Positions 8,652 to 18,334 of a stretch of 64,000 nucleotides of DNA are shown here, in pieces; within the stretch, counting starts at the first letter, position 1, and each line of letters begins with the position of its first letter. Location of the stretch: NCBI GenBank assembly GCA_052034235.1, contig JBPOIT010000002.1:69939-133938 (forward strand). The letters run 5' to 3'. Position numbers and translations under genes: made by a program. This DNA is from Candidatus Levyibacteriota bacterium (GTDB lineage Bacteria > Patescibacteriota > Microgenomatia > Levybacterales > UBA12049). The notes under the pieces are model-generated. The model did no database searches. It had not been told where the DNA came from and saw only the letters and a list, made by a program, of their open reading frames with translations.

Positions 8652-8743
8652 AAAAACCTGAAGCCCATAATATCACATTTAGGCCGAAAGTACAAGCAGT
8701 TAGTTTGCAATGACTTTCAAAAGAGATTATAGTATACATCGTT

Positions 8744-9091
8744 ATGCCGATTAAGAAAATACTCTTCTTTACGATTATTATAGCGTCTGTTTTTATAATA
8801 AACAACCTCGTACATTCAATCTATACACTATGGCAGAAACAGCAATTGGTAGACAATGCCAGAAGAGAGCTTATACGTGAGAAAGAAGAAAATCAGGAGT
8901 TAAAGAGGAGATTAAGCATGGCACGTGATCCGCTCTTTATCGAAGAAGAAGCAAGAAATAAATTGTTTCTCACTAAGCCTGGAGAAGGAGTAATAGTGAT
9001 ACCAACAGAAGCAATAAAAGCTAGTTCTGGTGCCATTATAAAACCAGATACCAGGCAAAATTGGGAGAAGTGGCGCGACACATTCTTATAA
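8744..9091 (+). CDS. ftsB: Septum formation initiator FtsB/DivIC-like protein
   Basis: N-terminal TM, coiled coil, and the ARDPLFIEEEARNKLFLTKPGE motif typical of DivIC/FtsB. Confidence 0.6.
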   Translation: MPIKKILFFTIIIASVFIINNLVHSIYTLWQKQQLVDNARRELIREKEENQELKRRLSMARDPLFIEEEARNKLFLTKPGEGVIVIPTEAIKASSGAIIKPDTRQNWEKWRDTFL

Positions 9092-9201
9092 AAGTTACAT
9101 AAGCACAAGTAATGAGTATCACGTACGAGAACCTCAATGGCGCTTTCGGTTTTAAATCACGTGATACTCATGATCCTCGTGGTATTGTTTAATATTCGCT
9201 A

Positions 9202-9552
9202 TCACAGTTCCGTAAATAACCCCTTGCAAAGCAGCTCTTGTTCACGAATAACTGTAATGTTGTCTATCTGTAATCCAAGAGTCGCGGATATTTTGTTGAG
9301 TGTTGATTGGGATATACCTCTTGAGCCAGTTTTCCACTGAGAGACATACCTTGCATTGTCAGTTGTTAAGAAATCTGCAAGTTTGTTGCTGATTTCATCG
9401 GCAAGGCTTTCTTGATGAATTGCAGGGAGTGATCGCAGCTGAAGAGGGAAGTTTTGATAATGAATGAGTTTCCATTCGGTTTTATTTACCTCATAGATGC
9501 GGACGACAATCTCTGTTTTTTCAAGCAGAAGGATTCCATAGACGTGGATCAT
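9202..9552 (-). CDS. Hypothetical 116-aa protein immediately downstream of an XRE-family regulator
   Basis: ORF co-directional with and 43 nt after the HTH gene; no family recognised. Confidence 0.35.
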   Translation of the reverse strand: MIHVYGILLLEKTEIVVRIYEVNKTEWKLIHYQNFPLQLRSLPAIHQESLADEISNKLADFLTTDNARYVSQWKTGSRGISQSTLNKISATLGLQIDNITVIREQELLCKGLFTEL

Positions 9553-9595
9553 GTTCTTATATTAATAGGGATAACTCTATAATGTCAAGAGGGTT

Positions 9596-9916
9596 TTACT
9601 TAGCTTTTTTGAGGAGACTTTTCACTTCTTGTAGTTCACGTTCAATTGATTGTAGTTTGGCGGCAATCGTTGTTTCATTCACATTGTCTTCAGTGAAGTA
9701 GGCAAGCGGGTGGCTTGTGACATCTGCAATTCTTTTTAGTTTTTCAAAAGGAGGAACGCTTCTTCCTTGTTCGTATGCAGAAATAGATTTATCAGATACG
9801 CCGATACCATTCCCAAGCTCAAGTTGTGAGAGGTGGGCTTCCCGTCGTGCCTTTCTGATGCGGGTTGCGATTTCGTCTAGATTTTTTTCTGATGGTTGGG
9901 TATCATTCATTTTCAT
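9596..9916 (-). CDS. XRE-family helix-turn-helix transcriptional regulator
   Basis: [36 protein letters not shown] is a canonical Cro/C1-type HTH; C-terminal coiled coil. Confidence 0.7.
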   Translation of the reverse strand: MKMNDTQPSEKNLDEIATRIRKARREAHLSQLELGNGIGVSDKSISAYEQGRSVPPFEKLKRIADVTSHPLAYFTEDNVNETTIAAKLQSIERELQEVKSLLKKAK

Positions 9917-9985
9917 ATGCTATATATTATACTATATTATGTATATATGCAAAGTGATCTATTACGAGGCAAAAAAAGAAAAAGA

Positions 9986-10147
9986 ATGAAAGATTTTCCC
10001 CTTGCCGACAGGCCACGTGAGAGAATGTTAGCAAAAACTGCAAAACATTTATCAGACGCAGAACTTTTAGCAATTCTCCTAGGAACAGGCTCCTCTAAAC
10101 AGAATGTCCTTGTTATAAGTCAGGCCATCGTAAAACAGTTTCCTTAA
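9986..10147 (+). pseudogene. radC: RadC N-terminal fragment, separated from the JAB domain by two in-frame TAA codons and frame changes
   Basis: [53 protein letters not shown] matches the RadC N-terminus and then hits TAA at 10145-10147. Continuing in the same frame gives KGLKKMRLQD, a second TAA, then VKIPGVGKSKAARILAALELGERL (the HhH segment). Confidence 0.5.
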
Positions 10148-10222
10148 AAGGGGCTGAAAAAAATGAGATTACAGGATTAAGTTAAAATTCCAGGAGTAGG
10201 AAAATCAAAAGCTGCGAGAATT

Positions 10223-10657
10223 TTGGCAGCTTTAGAACTCGGAGAGCGGCTTTATTCGTCATCGTCACTTACCAAAGTGACTATTTCATCAACGCAGGAT
10301 TTATTGCCTCACATACGAGAGTATGCAGGGAAGAAACAAGAATATCTGGTAGTTTTTTATCTTAATACCAGAAATGAACTGCTTCAAAAGGAGATTGTGG
10401 GAGTAGGCACGCTAAATAGCATGATGATTACTCCCAAGGGAATTTTTTCCCATGCACTGACAATTCCGTGTGCCTCACTCATCGTGGTTCACAATCATCC
10501 TTCAGGTGATCCAACACCATCAGATGAAGATATCAATTTCACCAGAAGAATCCATGAAGCAGGAGAAGTTATGAGCATTCCACTTATTGATCATGTTATT
10601 ATTGCAAATTCTGAATACTTTTCCTTTCGTGACAATAAAAGTGGGAAAGAGAGTTAG
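10223..10657 (+). CDS. radC: RadC-like JAB/MPN domain protein (C-terminal part of RadC; may be expressed as a short form)
   Basis: LIVVHNHPSGDPTPSDEDINFTRRI JAMM motif (HNHPSG...SxxD); the ORF-track M is at MAALELGERL. Confidence 0.65.
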   Translation: MAALELGERLYSSSSLTKVTISSTQDLLPHIREYAGKKQEYLVVFYLNTRNELLQKEIVGVGTLNSMMITPKGIFSHALTIPCASLIVVHNHPSGDPTPSDEDINFTRRIHEAGEVMSIPLIDHVIIANSEYFSFRDNKSGKES

Positions 10658-10902
10658 TTTGTGGACAAGTGAAGATTTTGTATTTTTTCAACGCGTTTCC
10701 ATTTTTTAATCTCTGCTTCTCTTTTTAATGCCTCAGATTTTGTCTCAAATGATTCCGAATACAACATTTTAACTGGTGGGTGTGAACGAGTGTATGCTCC
10801 GCCTTTGCCGCTTTGGTGATCTTTAAAACGCTTCTCAAGATTATTTGTTGCACCAGTATAAAAACTTTTATCTGCACAAAGGAGGATATAAATGTGCCAC
10901 AT
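10654..10902 (-). CDS. GIY-YIG nuclease-family protein (UPF0213/YhbQ-like)
   Basis: WHIYILLCADKSFYTGATNNLEKRFKDHQSGKGGAYTR matches the GIY-YIG/UPF0213 signature. Confidence 0.7.
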   Translation of the reverse strand: MWHIYILLCADKSFYTGATNNLEKRFKDHQSGKGGAYTRSHPPVKMLYSESFETKSEALKREAEIKKWKRVEKIQNLHLSTN

Positions 10903-10906
10903 AAGA

Positions 10907-12067
10907 CTAGTCTAGTATACCAAACTGGTTGAGTTTAAAATGTTTGAGGTGCTGCTCTTTTTCTATCGAAGCTAACTCTTTTTGCGTATGCTGATTGACG
11001 GGAATTCCGTCTTTCCCGCGCTTAAGTTCTGTTTCGTATTCAATTTCTGAGGGCGTATAAATTCTTTCGTGACCTGACATTTTCTTTGAGTTGCGAAGTG
11101 TTCTGAGTATATCGCCGGTAGTTTTTTTGAATTCTGAAGGTTCGACAAAAGAGCCGATATCCATAGCGATAAAGAAATGGCCTAACCCAAATGGCACTTT
11201 CTTGCCGTTTTTGATTCCTGAAAGTGCTTTGAGGTAGTTTCCCTGCTGGAGTGCTGCTGATAAAACTTCAACAACCAAGGCATAGCCATAACCTTTGTGT
11301 CCTCCATACATTGTTCCCAATCCACCCATAGGTGTCAGCGCGCAGGTACCATCGGTAAGTCCTTTAAGTGCCTTATTTGGGTTTGTAACAGATTTCCCTT
11401 CAAGATCAATAACCCAGCCTGCAGGGATCTTTTTTTTCTGTCTGGCGTGCTGTTCAATTTTACCGCGTTGGGCAAGTGATGTTGCGCAGTCTACGATGAG
11501 TGGGAACGATTCGTCTGTTGGCATGCCAAAGGAAAGGGGATTGGTGCCGAGTAAGTTTTCAACGCCGTATGTTGGCGCAACTGCTGGACGAGTATTGGTG
11601 CCTGTTATGCCTATCAGGTTTTGTTTGGCTGCCATTTCAGCGTAGTAGCCAGCTATGCCGTAGTGCGTAGAATTTCGTACCACAACCATGCCGAGTCCAT
11701 AACGTTTAGCTTTCTTTATTGCAAGTTCCATAGCTTTTGTTGCAATAACTTGTCCCATACCATTATGACCATCGATAACTGCAGTTGTCGGTCGTTGTCT
11801 GACAATCTCGATTCTCGTTTTGCCATTTTGCTGTCCAGAAAGTACACGGTCATAATAAAAGGTTTTAAAACGCTCAACACCGTGGGAATCAATGCCGCGC
11901 CTGCTTGCAGCAATAGTCACAGCTGCACAGGTCTTCGCGTCGTTAAGGGGAACTCCTATATTTTGAAGCGCTGCGGTCATGAATTGTTCGAGGAAATCAG
12001 AGGGAATAAGGATAGTTTTATCATCTGCAGTGTGCATTGTTTTAAAAAGAAAAACATACTCTACCAC
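10907..12067 (-). CDS. Ldh_2-family (malate/L-lactate/sulfolactate-type) dehydrogenase; alternative start at 12037
   Basis: GIDSHGVERF...GMGQVIATKAMELAIKKAKRYGLGMVVVRNSTHYGIAGYYAEMAAKQNLIGI pattern of PF02615. Confidence 0.6.
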   Translation of the reverse strand: MVEYVFLFKTMHTADDKTILIPSDFLEQFMTAALQNIGVPLNDAKTCAAVTIAASRRGIDSHGVERFKTFYYDRVLSGQQNGKTRIEIVRQRPTTAVIDGHNGMGQVIATKAMELAIKKAKRYGLGMVVVRNSTHYGIAGYYAEMAAKQNLIGITGTNTRPAVAPTYGVENLLGTNPLSFGMPTDESFPLIVDCATSLAQRGKIEQHARQKKKIPAGWVIDLEGKSVTNPNKALKGLTDGTCALTPMGGLGTMYGGHKGYGYALVVEVLSAALQQGNYLKALSGIKNGKKVPFGLGHFFIAMDIGSFVEPSEFKKTTGDILRTLRNSKKMSGHERIYTPSEIEYETELKRGKDGIPVNQHTQKELASIEKEQHLKHFKLNQFGILD

Positions 12068-12118
12068 AGAAATTTAGAGAAGGCAATGATCTTAAATGAG
12101 GAAATAAAAAGACTTATG

Positions 12119-12187
12119 TTGCGGGGCTAGGAGTTGAACCTAGCCTGTAAGATTATGAGCCTCACGTGCACCGTACACTACCCCGCG
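12119..12187 (-). tRNA. tRNA with CAT anticodon; unpaired C1-A72 and 3' ...CCCCGCAA suggest an initiator tRNA-fMet-like gene; unusually short (about 69 nt)
   Basis: Reverse complement reads CGCGGGGTAGTG...GGCTCATAATC...CTAGGTTCAACTCCTAGCCCCGCAA; CTCATAA anticodon loop; perfect T-arm CTAGG/CCTAG; 5' CGCGGGG and 3' CCCCGCA ends match E. coli tRNA-fMet. The D-arm fold is ambiguous. Confidence 0.5.
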
Positions 12188-12252
12188 TATGCTTGCTAGT
12201 ATACCATTTGCGCTCACTGTGGTCAAATTGGTATAATCTCAGAGTAGAAATT

Positions 12253-12326
12253 GCCAGGGTAGCTCAGTTGGTTAGAGCACAGCATTCATAACGCTGAGGT
12301 CGTGGGATCGTGACCCACCCCTGGTA
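12253..12326 (+). tRNA. tRNA with CAT anticodon (elongator Met, or Ile2 if lysidine-modified)
   Basis: GCCAGGG-TA-GCTC-AGTTGGTTA-GAGC-A-CAGCA-TTCATAA-CGCTG-AGGTC-GTGGG-ATCGTGA-CCCAC-CCCTGGT-A; one A-C mismatch in the anticodon stem and a G1-U72 wobble. Confidence 0.6.
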
Positions 12327-12381
12327 CTGAATCTGTAGAGGCAGAATTTGCGAACAAAATACAATTGCCCCGCTTCAAATT

Positions 12382-13173
12382 ATGAAAAATAAACCCATAG
12401 GAATAATTGACTCTGGCATCGGTGGTTTTTCTGTTTATCAGGAAATTATCTCGCTCCTGCCAAACGAATCCACAGTGTATGTAGGAGATAATGCATACGC
12501 GCCGTACGGCGTATTGTCTACGGAAACAATCTATGAACGTTCAATTGCTCTTGTCTCTTTTCTGCTGGAGAACGACGCCAAACTGATTGTCATTGCGTGT
12601 AATACCATAACGGTTTGTTGTATCGATAAACTTCGCAAATCATTTCCGCATGTTGCAATCGTCGGTACCGTACCTGTTGTTAAAACAGCAGCAGCAGTTA
12701 CTCGAAATGGCAAGATTGGTATTCTTTCAACGACACGAACTGCTGACAGTGACTATCAAAAGTCACTCATAACTGAATTTGCGGGGGACAAGACAGTTAG
12801 TAATTTTGGAACTGATTTGTTAGTGCCGCTTATTGAACAGGGAATTGTGGAAGGGGAAAAACTAGAACACGCAGTGCAACCAATTCTTACAGATTTTCAA
12901 AAGCAGGAAGTTGATACGCTTGTTCTTGGCTGTACGCATTATCCGTTTATTAAAAAACCGCTGCAACGAATGCTTGGCAATGAGGTACAGATACTGGATT
13001 CTGGTGAAGCAATCGCACGGCAGGTAAGACGTGTCTTAGAAACAAAAGAGCTTCTCGCTCAAAGAACAGATCCAGAGCGTGTGTATTACACAACAGGTGA
13101 AGCAAGACATATCGATAATATTGCAAAAAAATTATTAGGAGTTACAATAGCAAGTACAACAGTTACATTATGA
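12382..13173 (+). CDS. murI: Glutamate racemase
   Basis: IGIIDSGIGGFSVYQEI..., VIACNTITV and GCTHYPF motifs. Confidence 0.85.
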   Translation: MKNKPIGIIDSGIGGFSVYQEIISLLPNESTVYVGDNAYAPYGVLSTETIYERSIALVSFLLENDAKLIVIACNTITVCCIDKLRKSFPHVAIVGTVPVVKTAAAVTRNGKIGILSTTRTADSDYQKSLITEFAGDKTVSNFGTDLLVPLIEQGIVEGEKLEHAVQPILTDFQKQEVDTLVLGCTHYPFIKKPLQRMLGNEVQILDSGEAIARQVRRVLETKELLAQRTDPERVYYTTGEARHIDNIAKKLLGVTIASTTVTL

Positions 13174-14579
13174 AATACGACGTAAAGGATTTGCCTCAAA
13201 TTGTTACCAAAATGGTAGCTGGCAAGCAGATTGCCATACTGGGATTAGGAATAGAAGGCCTCACAACACTACAGTTTTTAACAAAATATGGAGCTTCTGT
13301 GTGGGTACTTGATAAAAGAAAAAAAGAAGAACTCGATCAAGAGCTCTATAACCAGGCTGAAAGATTGGGTGCGAAGTTTTTCTTAGGTGACAATTATCTT
13401 ACCAATCTCTCCCAATACAATATCATTTTTAGAAGCCCTGGTATCAGAAGAAAGACAAAAGAACTTCTTGAAGCAGAACTTAAGGGTGCAGTTGTGACTT
13501 CTCAGACACAGTTGTTTTTTGATCTCTGTCCAGCGCCAATCATTGGTGTGACAGGTACAAAAGGAAAGGGAACTACTTCTTCATTGATTCATGCAATGCT
13601 TTTGGAGGCGGGAAAGGATTCTTATATCGGTGGTAATATCGGTGTGCCGCCGTTAACGTTTCTAGAAAAACTAAAGGATTCAAGTATTGTTGTTTTGGAA
13701 CTCTCAAGTTTCCAATTACAGGATATGTATAAAAGTCCGCACATTGCCGTTATGCTTATGACGACAAGTGAACATCTGGATCATCATGAGACGCTTGAGG
13801 AATATATCGATGCCAAACGTAACTTGTTGCGATTCCAAAAATCAACAGATTTTGCAATCCTCAATAGGGACTATCCGGCATCAAATGAATCAGATATCTT
13901 TACTGATGCGAAGGTGTATTTTGTTTCCAGAGAACGAGAAACTGATAATGCATGCTTTGTCGTGGGCACGACAGTAACAATGAGAAAAAATGGAATGGAT
14001 ACGGACATTGTCTCAACTGATGAAATACTATTGCCTGGTAAACACAACTTAGAAAATGTCTGCGCAGCAATCCTTGCTGCTAGTCTAGCGGGCGTGGGTA
14101 CGACTCCTATGGCGAAAGTACTCAAGACATTTGCAGGACTTGAGCACAGACTTGAATTAGTGCGTGAATTAAAAGGTATTCGATACTATGATGATTCTTT
14201 CTCCACAACTCCCGAAACAGCTATTGCAGCCATCGAAGCATTTGATGCTCCCGAAATACTCATTCTAGGAGGATCAAGCAAAAATGCAGATTTCTCTCAG
14301 TTGGGCAGAGTCATTGGCGAAACGAAAAATATTAAAGCCATTATTGGTATTGGTACTGAATGGGAACGGATTAAGGAATCATTAAAGGGGGAACTCGGAA
14401 AAGAAACTATCCTGGTAGAGGGTGCTATGTCAATGCAGCAAGTAGTAAAGGCTGCTGAGACAATAGCAGTGCCTGGAGATGTCGTGTTACTCAGCCCTGC
14501 ATGTGCAAGTTATGACATGTTTAGAAACTACAAAGAGCGAGGGGAAGCTTTTAAAAAAGCAGTTTCGCATTTAGCATAA
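13170..14579 (+). CDS. murD: UDP-N-acetylmuramoylalanine--D-glutamate ligase
   Basis: N-terminal Rossmann KQIAILGLGIEG; Mur ligase P-loop GVTGTKGKGTTSSLIHAML; ATGA overlap with murI. Confidence 0.8.
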   Translation: MKYDVKDLPQIVTKMVAGKQIAILGLGIEGLTTLQFLTKYGASVWVLDKRKKEELDQELYNQAERLGAKFFLGDNYLTNLSQYNIIFRSPGIRRKTKELLEAELKGAVVTSQTQLFFDLCPAPIIGVTGTKGKGTTSSLIHAMLLEAGKDSYIGGNIGVPPLTFLEKLKDSSIVVLELSSFQLQDMYKSPHIAVMLMTTSEHLDHHETLEEYIDAKRNLLRFQKSTDFAILNRDYPASNESDIFTDAKVYFVSRERETDNACFVVGTTVTMRKNGMDTDIVSTDEILLPGKHNLENVCAAILAASLAGVGTTPMAKVLKTFAGLEHRLELVRELKGIRYYDDSFSTTPETAIAAIEAFDAPEILILGGSSKNADFSQLGRVIGETKNIKAIIGIGTEWERIKESLKGELGKETILVEGAMSMQQVVKAAETIAVPGDVVLLSPACASYDMFRNYKERGEAFKKAVSHLA

Positions 14580-14632
14580 TTACGCTGCCATTAGTCACAA
14601 ATAGCATTGAAGAAATAATTTTTTATTGACTT

Positions 14633-15379
14633 ATGACTAAAAAAGAGCCAGAACTATTGACGACAGCAAGGCACATACCTGGCTTGGAAGAAATTATGGC
14701 ACGCCCTGATGTGACTGAGCTTTTAGAGCCTCTTGCTCGTAGGGTGCCTTTTAAATTTCATCATTCTGTGAGAACAGGCTTAACCGCACGCGATGCTCAT
14801 AAAAGTTTGGGTAGTTCTCCTGAAATTCAACAGCTGGCGTTGATTGCTGGCTTGAAACACGATGCATTTCAAGTAGTTAAAAATACCTCAGAAGGTCTTA
14901 CAATTATTGAGAGAAGGGTAGCAGCTGTTACTCATTCCGGTATAGGTACTCAACAAGACAGGGGTATTCTCGAGTCTCATCCTACAGAGGCAGCACACTA
15001 TATTGCTGAAGTGCAAGGCTTACCTGACCAGGCTGAACTTATTTTCCATCACCATGCTCTGCAAGGAACTCAAGCGTCATATCCTTACCGCATAACACAG
15101 GTACCTTTTACTCATGAAAGGTTGAAAGGGTATGCTCTCTTTGCGGCCGCTGATACTGTAGATGCGCTACTACATATGGAAGAGCGTCCTTATAATCCTT
15201 GGCAAGGGGACTGGAGAAATGAAACTTCTCCTCCTTCGAAGTGGACGGTATATGAGGTAGGTAAAGAATTGAAAGACAAATTTAAAAGTTATCTGGCTCC
15301 AAACGAATTAGAAGCTGTTTTAGAAGCGGGTGAGCGTTATGTAGGTAAGAACGTTACAAATTTGGCTGAAGCTGCCTAA
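14633..15379 (+). CDS. HD-domain phosphohydrolase-like protein
   Basis: H..H...(about 27 aa)...HD spacing (FHHSVRTG...LIAGLKHD) followed by later His and Asp residues. Confidence 0.4.
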   Translation: MTKKEPELLTTARHIPGLEEIMARPDVTELLEPLARRVPFKFHHSVRTGLTARDAHKSLGSSPEIQQLALIAGLKHDAFQVVKNTSEGLTIIERRVAAVTHSGIGTQQDRGILESHPTEAAHYIAEVQGLPDQAELIFHHHALQGTQASYPYRITQVPFTHERLKGYALFAAADTVDALLHMEERPYNPWQGDWRNETSPPSKWTVYEVGKELKDKFKSYLAPNELEAVLEAGERYVGKNVTNLAEAA

Positions 15380-15483
15380 AAAAGAAAAGCATACGAGCCT
15401 TGAAGTTATTGAAAATGAAGTATACTCATGAAGATTCAGTACTAGCATAGGCTCATATTATATGGTATACTGACACTCAATTT

Positions 15484-17382
15484 ATGGCTTCAAACGGCAA
15501 AAAAAACCTCGCAAACGGCAGGAAAAAAATTGGTAAATTTAAGAACAAATTTTCTTGGAAGAATATCTTTCTTTACGGGTTCCTCATCATTTTCTCTTTA
15601 TTTGTCTTTTCAGCGTTAAGTGCTCCTTATGAAGGCGATCGTAAATCCGTTGCTTTGTCACAAATTATTGCTGAGGTAAAGAAAAATGAAGTGAAAAGTA
15701 TCGCTGTCACGGGTGATAAATTGGCGGTTGAGAAAAAAGACGGTACCAAACTCCAAACTGTTAAAGAGCCAGGCGCAGATGTCTATGCATTATTTAAAGA
15801 TGCAGGAGCACCGCTTGATAAAGGGACAGTAAACGTTGAGATTAAAGACGAAACTGTTTTTAATAATTGGATTGGTATCACTTCAGCGATTTTACCAGTG
15901 CTTTTGATGATCGTTTTCTTCTACTTTATTTTCAGACAAGCTCGGGGAACACAAGAAAGTATTTTTTCCTTCGGCCAATCACGTGCCAAACTTTTTAACC
16001 GTGACAATCCTAAAGTAACTTTTGCCAATGTTGCAGGTGTTGATGAAGCAAAACAGGAACTGACTGAAATTGTCGATTTCCTCAAACATCCTATGAAATA
16101 TCGTGCAATGGGTGCTCGAACACCAAAAGGTGTGCTTATGGTTGGCCCAGCAGGAACAGGAAAAACTCTTCTTGCTCGAGCAACCGCAGGTGAGGCAAAT
16201 GTTGCTTTCTTCAGTATGGCAGGTTCAGAATTTATGGAAATGCTTGTTGGTGTCGGTGCATCACGTGTTCGTGATTTGTTTAATACAGCAAAAAAAGCGC
16301 AGCCTGCAATTATCTTTATTGATGAAATTGATGCAATCGGACGTCAGCGTGGTGTGGGTATTATGGGTGGACATGATGAACGTGAGCAGACACTTAATCA
16401 AATCCTTGTTGAAATGGACGGTTTTACGCCAAGTGAACATGTTATCGTAATTGCTGCAACCAATAGACCAGATGTCTTAGATCCTGCACTTGTTCGTCCA
16501 GGTAGGTTTGATCGTCGAGTTATGTTGGATTTGCCCGATGTTGAAGGCCGCAAAAAGATTTTGGCAATTCATGCTAAAGGAAAACCGTTTGAAGCAAAGG
16601 TTGATTGGGAGAAAGTTGCAAAGCGAACAGTTGGATTTTCAGGTGCTGATCTTGAGAACATGCTTAATGAATCAGCTATCATGGCAGCGCGTCTCAATAA
16701 GAAGGCAATTGACATGCATGATCTTGAAGAATCTGCAACTCGTGTCAAGCTCGGTCCTGAGAAACAGCGTTTGCAGTCAGAGCTTGATCGTCGTATGACA
16801 GCATATCATGAGGCAGGACACGCACTTGTCGCATGGGAAATGCCTCATGTTGATCCTGTGCACCGCATTTCAATTGTTTCTCGAGGTATGAGTTTGGGAC
16901 ACACAATGACTGAGCCTATTGACCGTGTTCATGAAACAAAAGCACATCTGCTTGAACAGATTGCGATGATGATGGGTGGTCGTGCTGCAGAAGCGTTAGT
17001 CTTTGATGACATTACAACCGGTGCTTCAAATGATATTGAAAAAGCAACACAGGTTGCCCGTGCAATGGTCACCAAATTCGGTATGAGTGAACTCGGTCCA
17101 GTTAATTTTGATGGAGAGAGGACAATTTATGAGCAAAGTGATTTATCTCAGGAAATGGCAGCTAAAATTGATGTGGAAGTCAAGAAAATCTCTGATGTTG
17201 CTTATAAACAAGCAATAACGATTTTGACCAGGCTTCGAGGCAAACTTGATATTATTGCCGAAGAACTTATGAAGAAAGAGACAATTGATTCAGATGAATT
17301 TATCAAACTTATCGGTCCGAAAAAAGGGCAGGCTGCAGCAACAGTTCCAGCTAAAAGCGGATCAACCTCTAAGGCAAAATGA
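15484..17382 (+). CDS. ftsH: ATP-dependent zinc metalloprotease FtsH
   Basis: N-terminal TM, AAA Walker [17 protein letters not shown] region, HEAGHAL zinc motif; ends on TGA overlapping the next ATG. Confidence 0.95.
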   Translation: MASNGKKNLANGRKKIGKFKNKFSWKNIFLYGFLIIFSLFVFSALSAPYEGDRKSVALSQIIAEVKKNEVKSIAVTGDKLAVEKKDGTKLQTVKEPGADVYALFKDAGAPLDKGTVNVEIKDETVFNNWIGITSAILPVLLMIVFFYFIFRQARGTQESIFSFGQSRAKLFNRDNPKVTFANVAGVDEAKQELTEIVDFLKHPMKYRAMGARTPKGVLMVGPAGTGKTLLARATAGEANVAFFSMAGSEFMEMLVGVGASRVRDLFNTAKKAQPAIIFIDEIDAIGRQRGVGIMGGHDEREQTLNQILVEMDGFTPSEHVIVIAATNRPDVLDPALVRPGRFDRRVMLDLPDVEGRKKILAIHAKGKPFEAKVDWEKVAKRTVGFSGADLENMLNESAIMAARLNKKAIDMHDLEESATRVKLGPEKQRLQSELDRRMTAYHEAGHALVAWEMPHVDPVHRISIVSRGMSLGHTMTEPIDRVHETKAHLLEQIAMMMGGRAAEALVFDDITTGASNDIEKATQVARAMVTKFGMSELGPVNFDGERTIYEQSDLSQEMAAKIDVEVKKISDVAYKQAITILTRLRGKLDIIAEELMKKETIDSDEFIKLIGPKKGQAAATVPAKSGSTSKAK

Positions 17383-18251
17383 ACAAATCAGTCATAGCAG
17401 TCGTTTTTGACTTTGACGAGACGCTTGGTCCGGATACCATCTCCTTTTTACTTTCCGCTCACAAACAAAAGCCCGAAACGTTTTGGGAGGAGGTTGCGAA
17501 GCTTGTCCATGACAATTGGGATCCGCCGTTTGCGTATATGCACCTCTTGATGATGTATGCTCACGCGCGAAGGATTGAAGTTACTCCAAAATCGTTACAA
17601 AAACTTGGGGCTGCTTTACCCCTTTTTCCAGGACTCCCTGGTATGTTTGAAGAGTTACACACGTTTGTGCAAAAGGAATCTCGACTCAAAAAGGTTGGGG
17701 TAAAACTTGAATTCTATATTATCAGCGGTGGTCTGCAAACGATGATTGAAGGTACGAAGGTTGCAAAATATGTTGATGGTATTTTTGGGAGCAATTTTGC
17801 CTACGACACTCAAACAACGCTACCGATCGGTGTTAAGTCTGCAATTTCATTTACTGAAAAAACAAGATTTCTGTTTGGTTTGAATAAAGGAATAAGTGTG
17901 AAGGAAATTCGAACAAATCCATACAAAATAAATGATGCGCTAGCAAGTGAGAAGAGGAGGATCCCTTTTGCGCAAATGATCTACATCGGTGATGGGCCGA
18001 GTGATATTCCGTGCCTTTCAACGGTAACGCAATACGGAGGAGCGGGGATTGGTGTTTCAGCTCCGACCAAAACGTTTAAAAAAGGATATGAACTTGCACG
18101 AGGTAAACGTATTACTGTTGGACCATATACAGCAAATTACAGTGCAGGAACAGATATGCGAAAGGCTTTGGAGGAAACGATTTTACGAATTGGACTTGAG
18201 ATTGACCTGGAAAAGAAAAAACATGTGATTCGTGCTCCAAAAATGGGATAG
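17379..18251 (+). CDS. HAD-superfamily hydrolase
   Basis: DxDxT motif VVFDFDETLG and C-terminal IYIGDGPSD motif. Confidence 0.55.
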   Translation: MNKSVIAVVFDFDETLGPDTISFLLSAHKQKPETFWEEVAKLVHDNWDPPFAYMHLLMMYAHARRIEVTPKSLQKLGAALPLFPGLPGMFEELHTFVQKESRLKKVGVKLEFYIISGGLQTMIEGTKVAKYVDGIFGSNFAYDTQTTLPIGVKSAISFTEKTRFLFGLNKGISVKEIRTNPYKINDALASEKRRIPFAQMIYIGDGPSDIPCLSTVTQYGGAGIGVSAPTKTFKKGYELARGKRITVGPYTANYSAGTDMRKALEETILRIGLEIDLEKKKHVIRAPKMG

Positions 18252-18334
18252 CTGTAGGTGGGGAGGGAGCGTGTTACAAATTTTTCATTTTCAGCTCGCG
18301 TTCTCTTTCTATTTTGTGTGTTAGAATATGGTTT

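Noticed and set aside
6584-8743. Prophage or integrative element at tRNA-Ile
   Set aside because: There is only one recombinase and no att direct repeats, phage structural genes or relaxase nearby. It is kept as a low-interest hypothesis in the findings.
9986-10230. Possible TAA stop-codon reassignment suggested by two in-frame TAA codons inside a conserved radC
   Set aside because: Many well-conserved genes in the window (radA, murD, trxB, RNR and others) terminate on TAA at the expected position. A pseudogene, frameshift or assembly error is far more likely.
16103-16798. ORFs 16103-16450 and 16490-16798 (+) inside ftsH, plus similar internal ORFs such as 4857-5162, 8056-8400, 11295-11645, 29763-30032 and 62281-62895
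   Set aside because: They are alternative-frame or antisense ORFs nested inside strongly supported genes. They have low-complexity or biased composition and are spurious.
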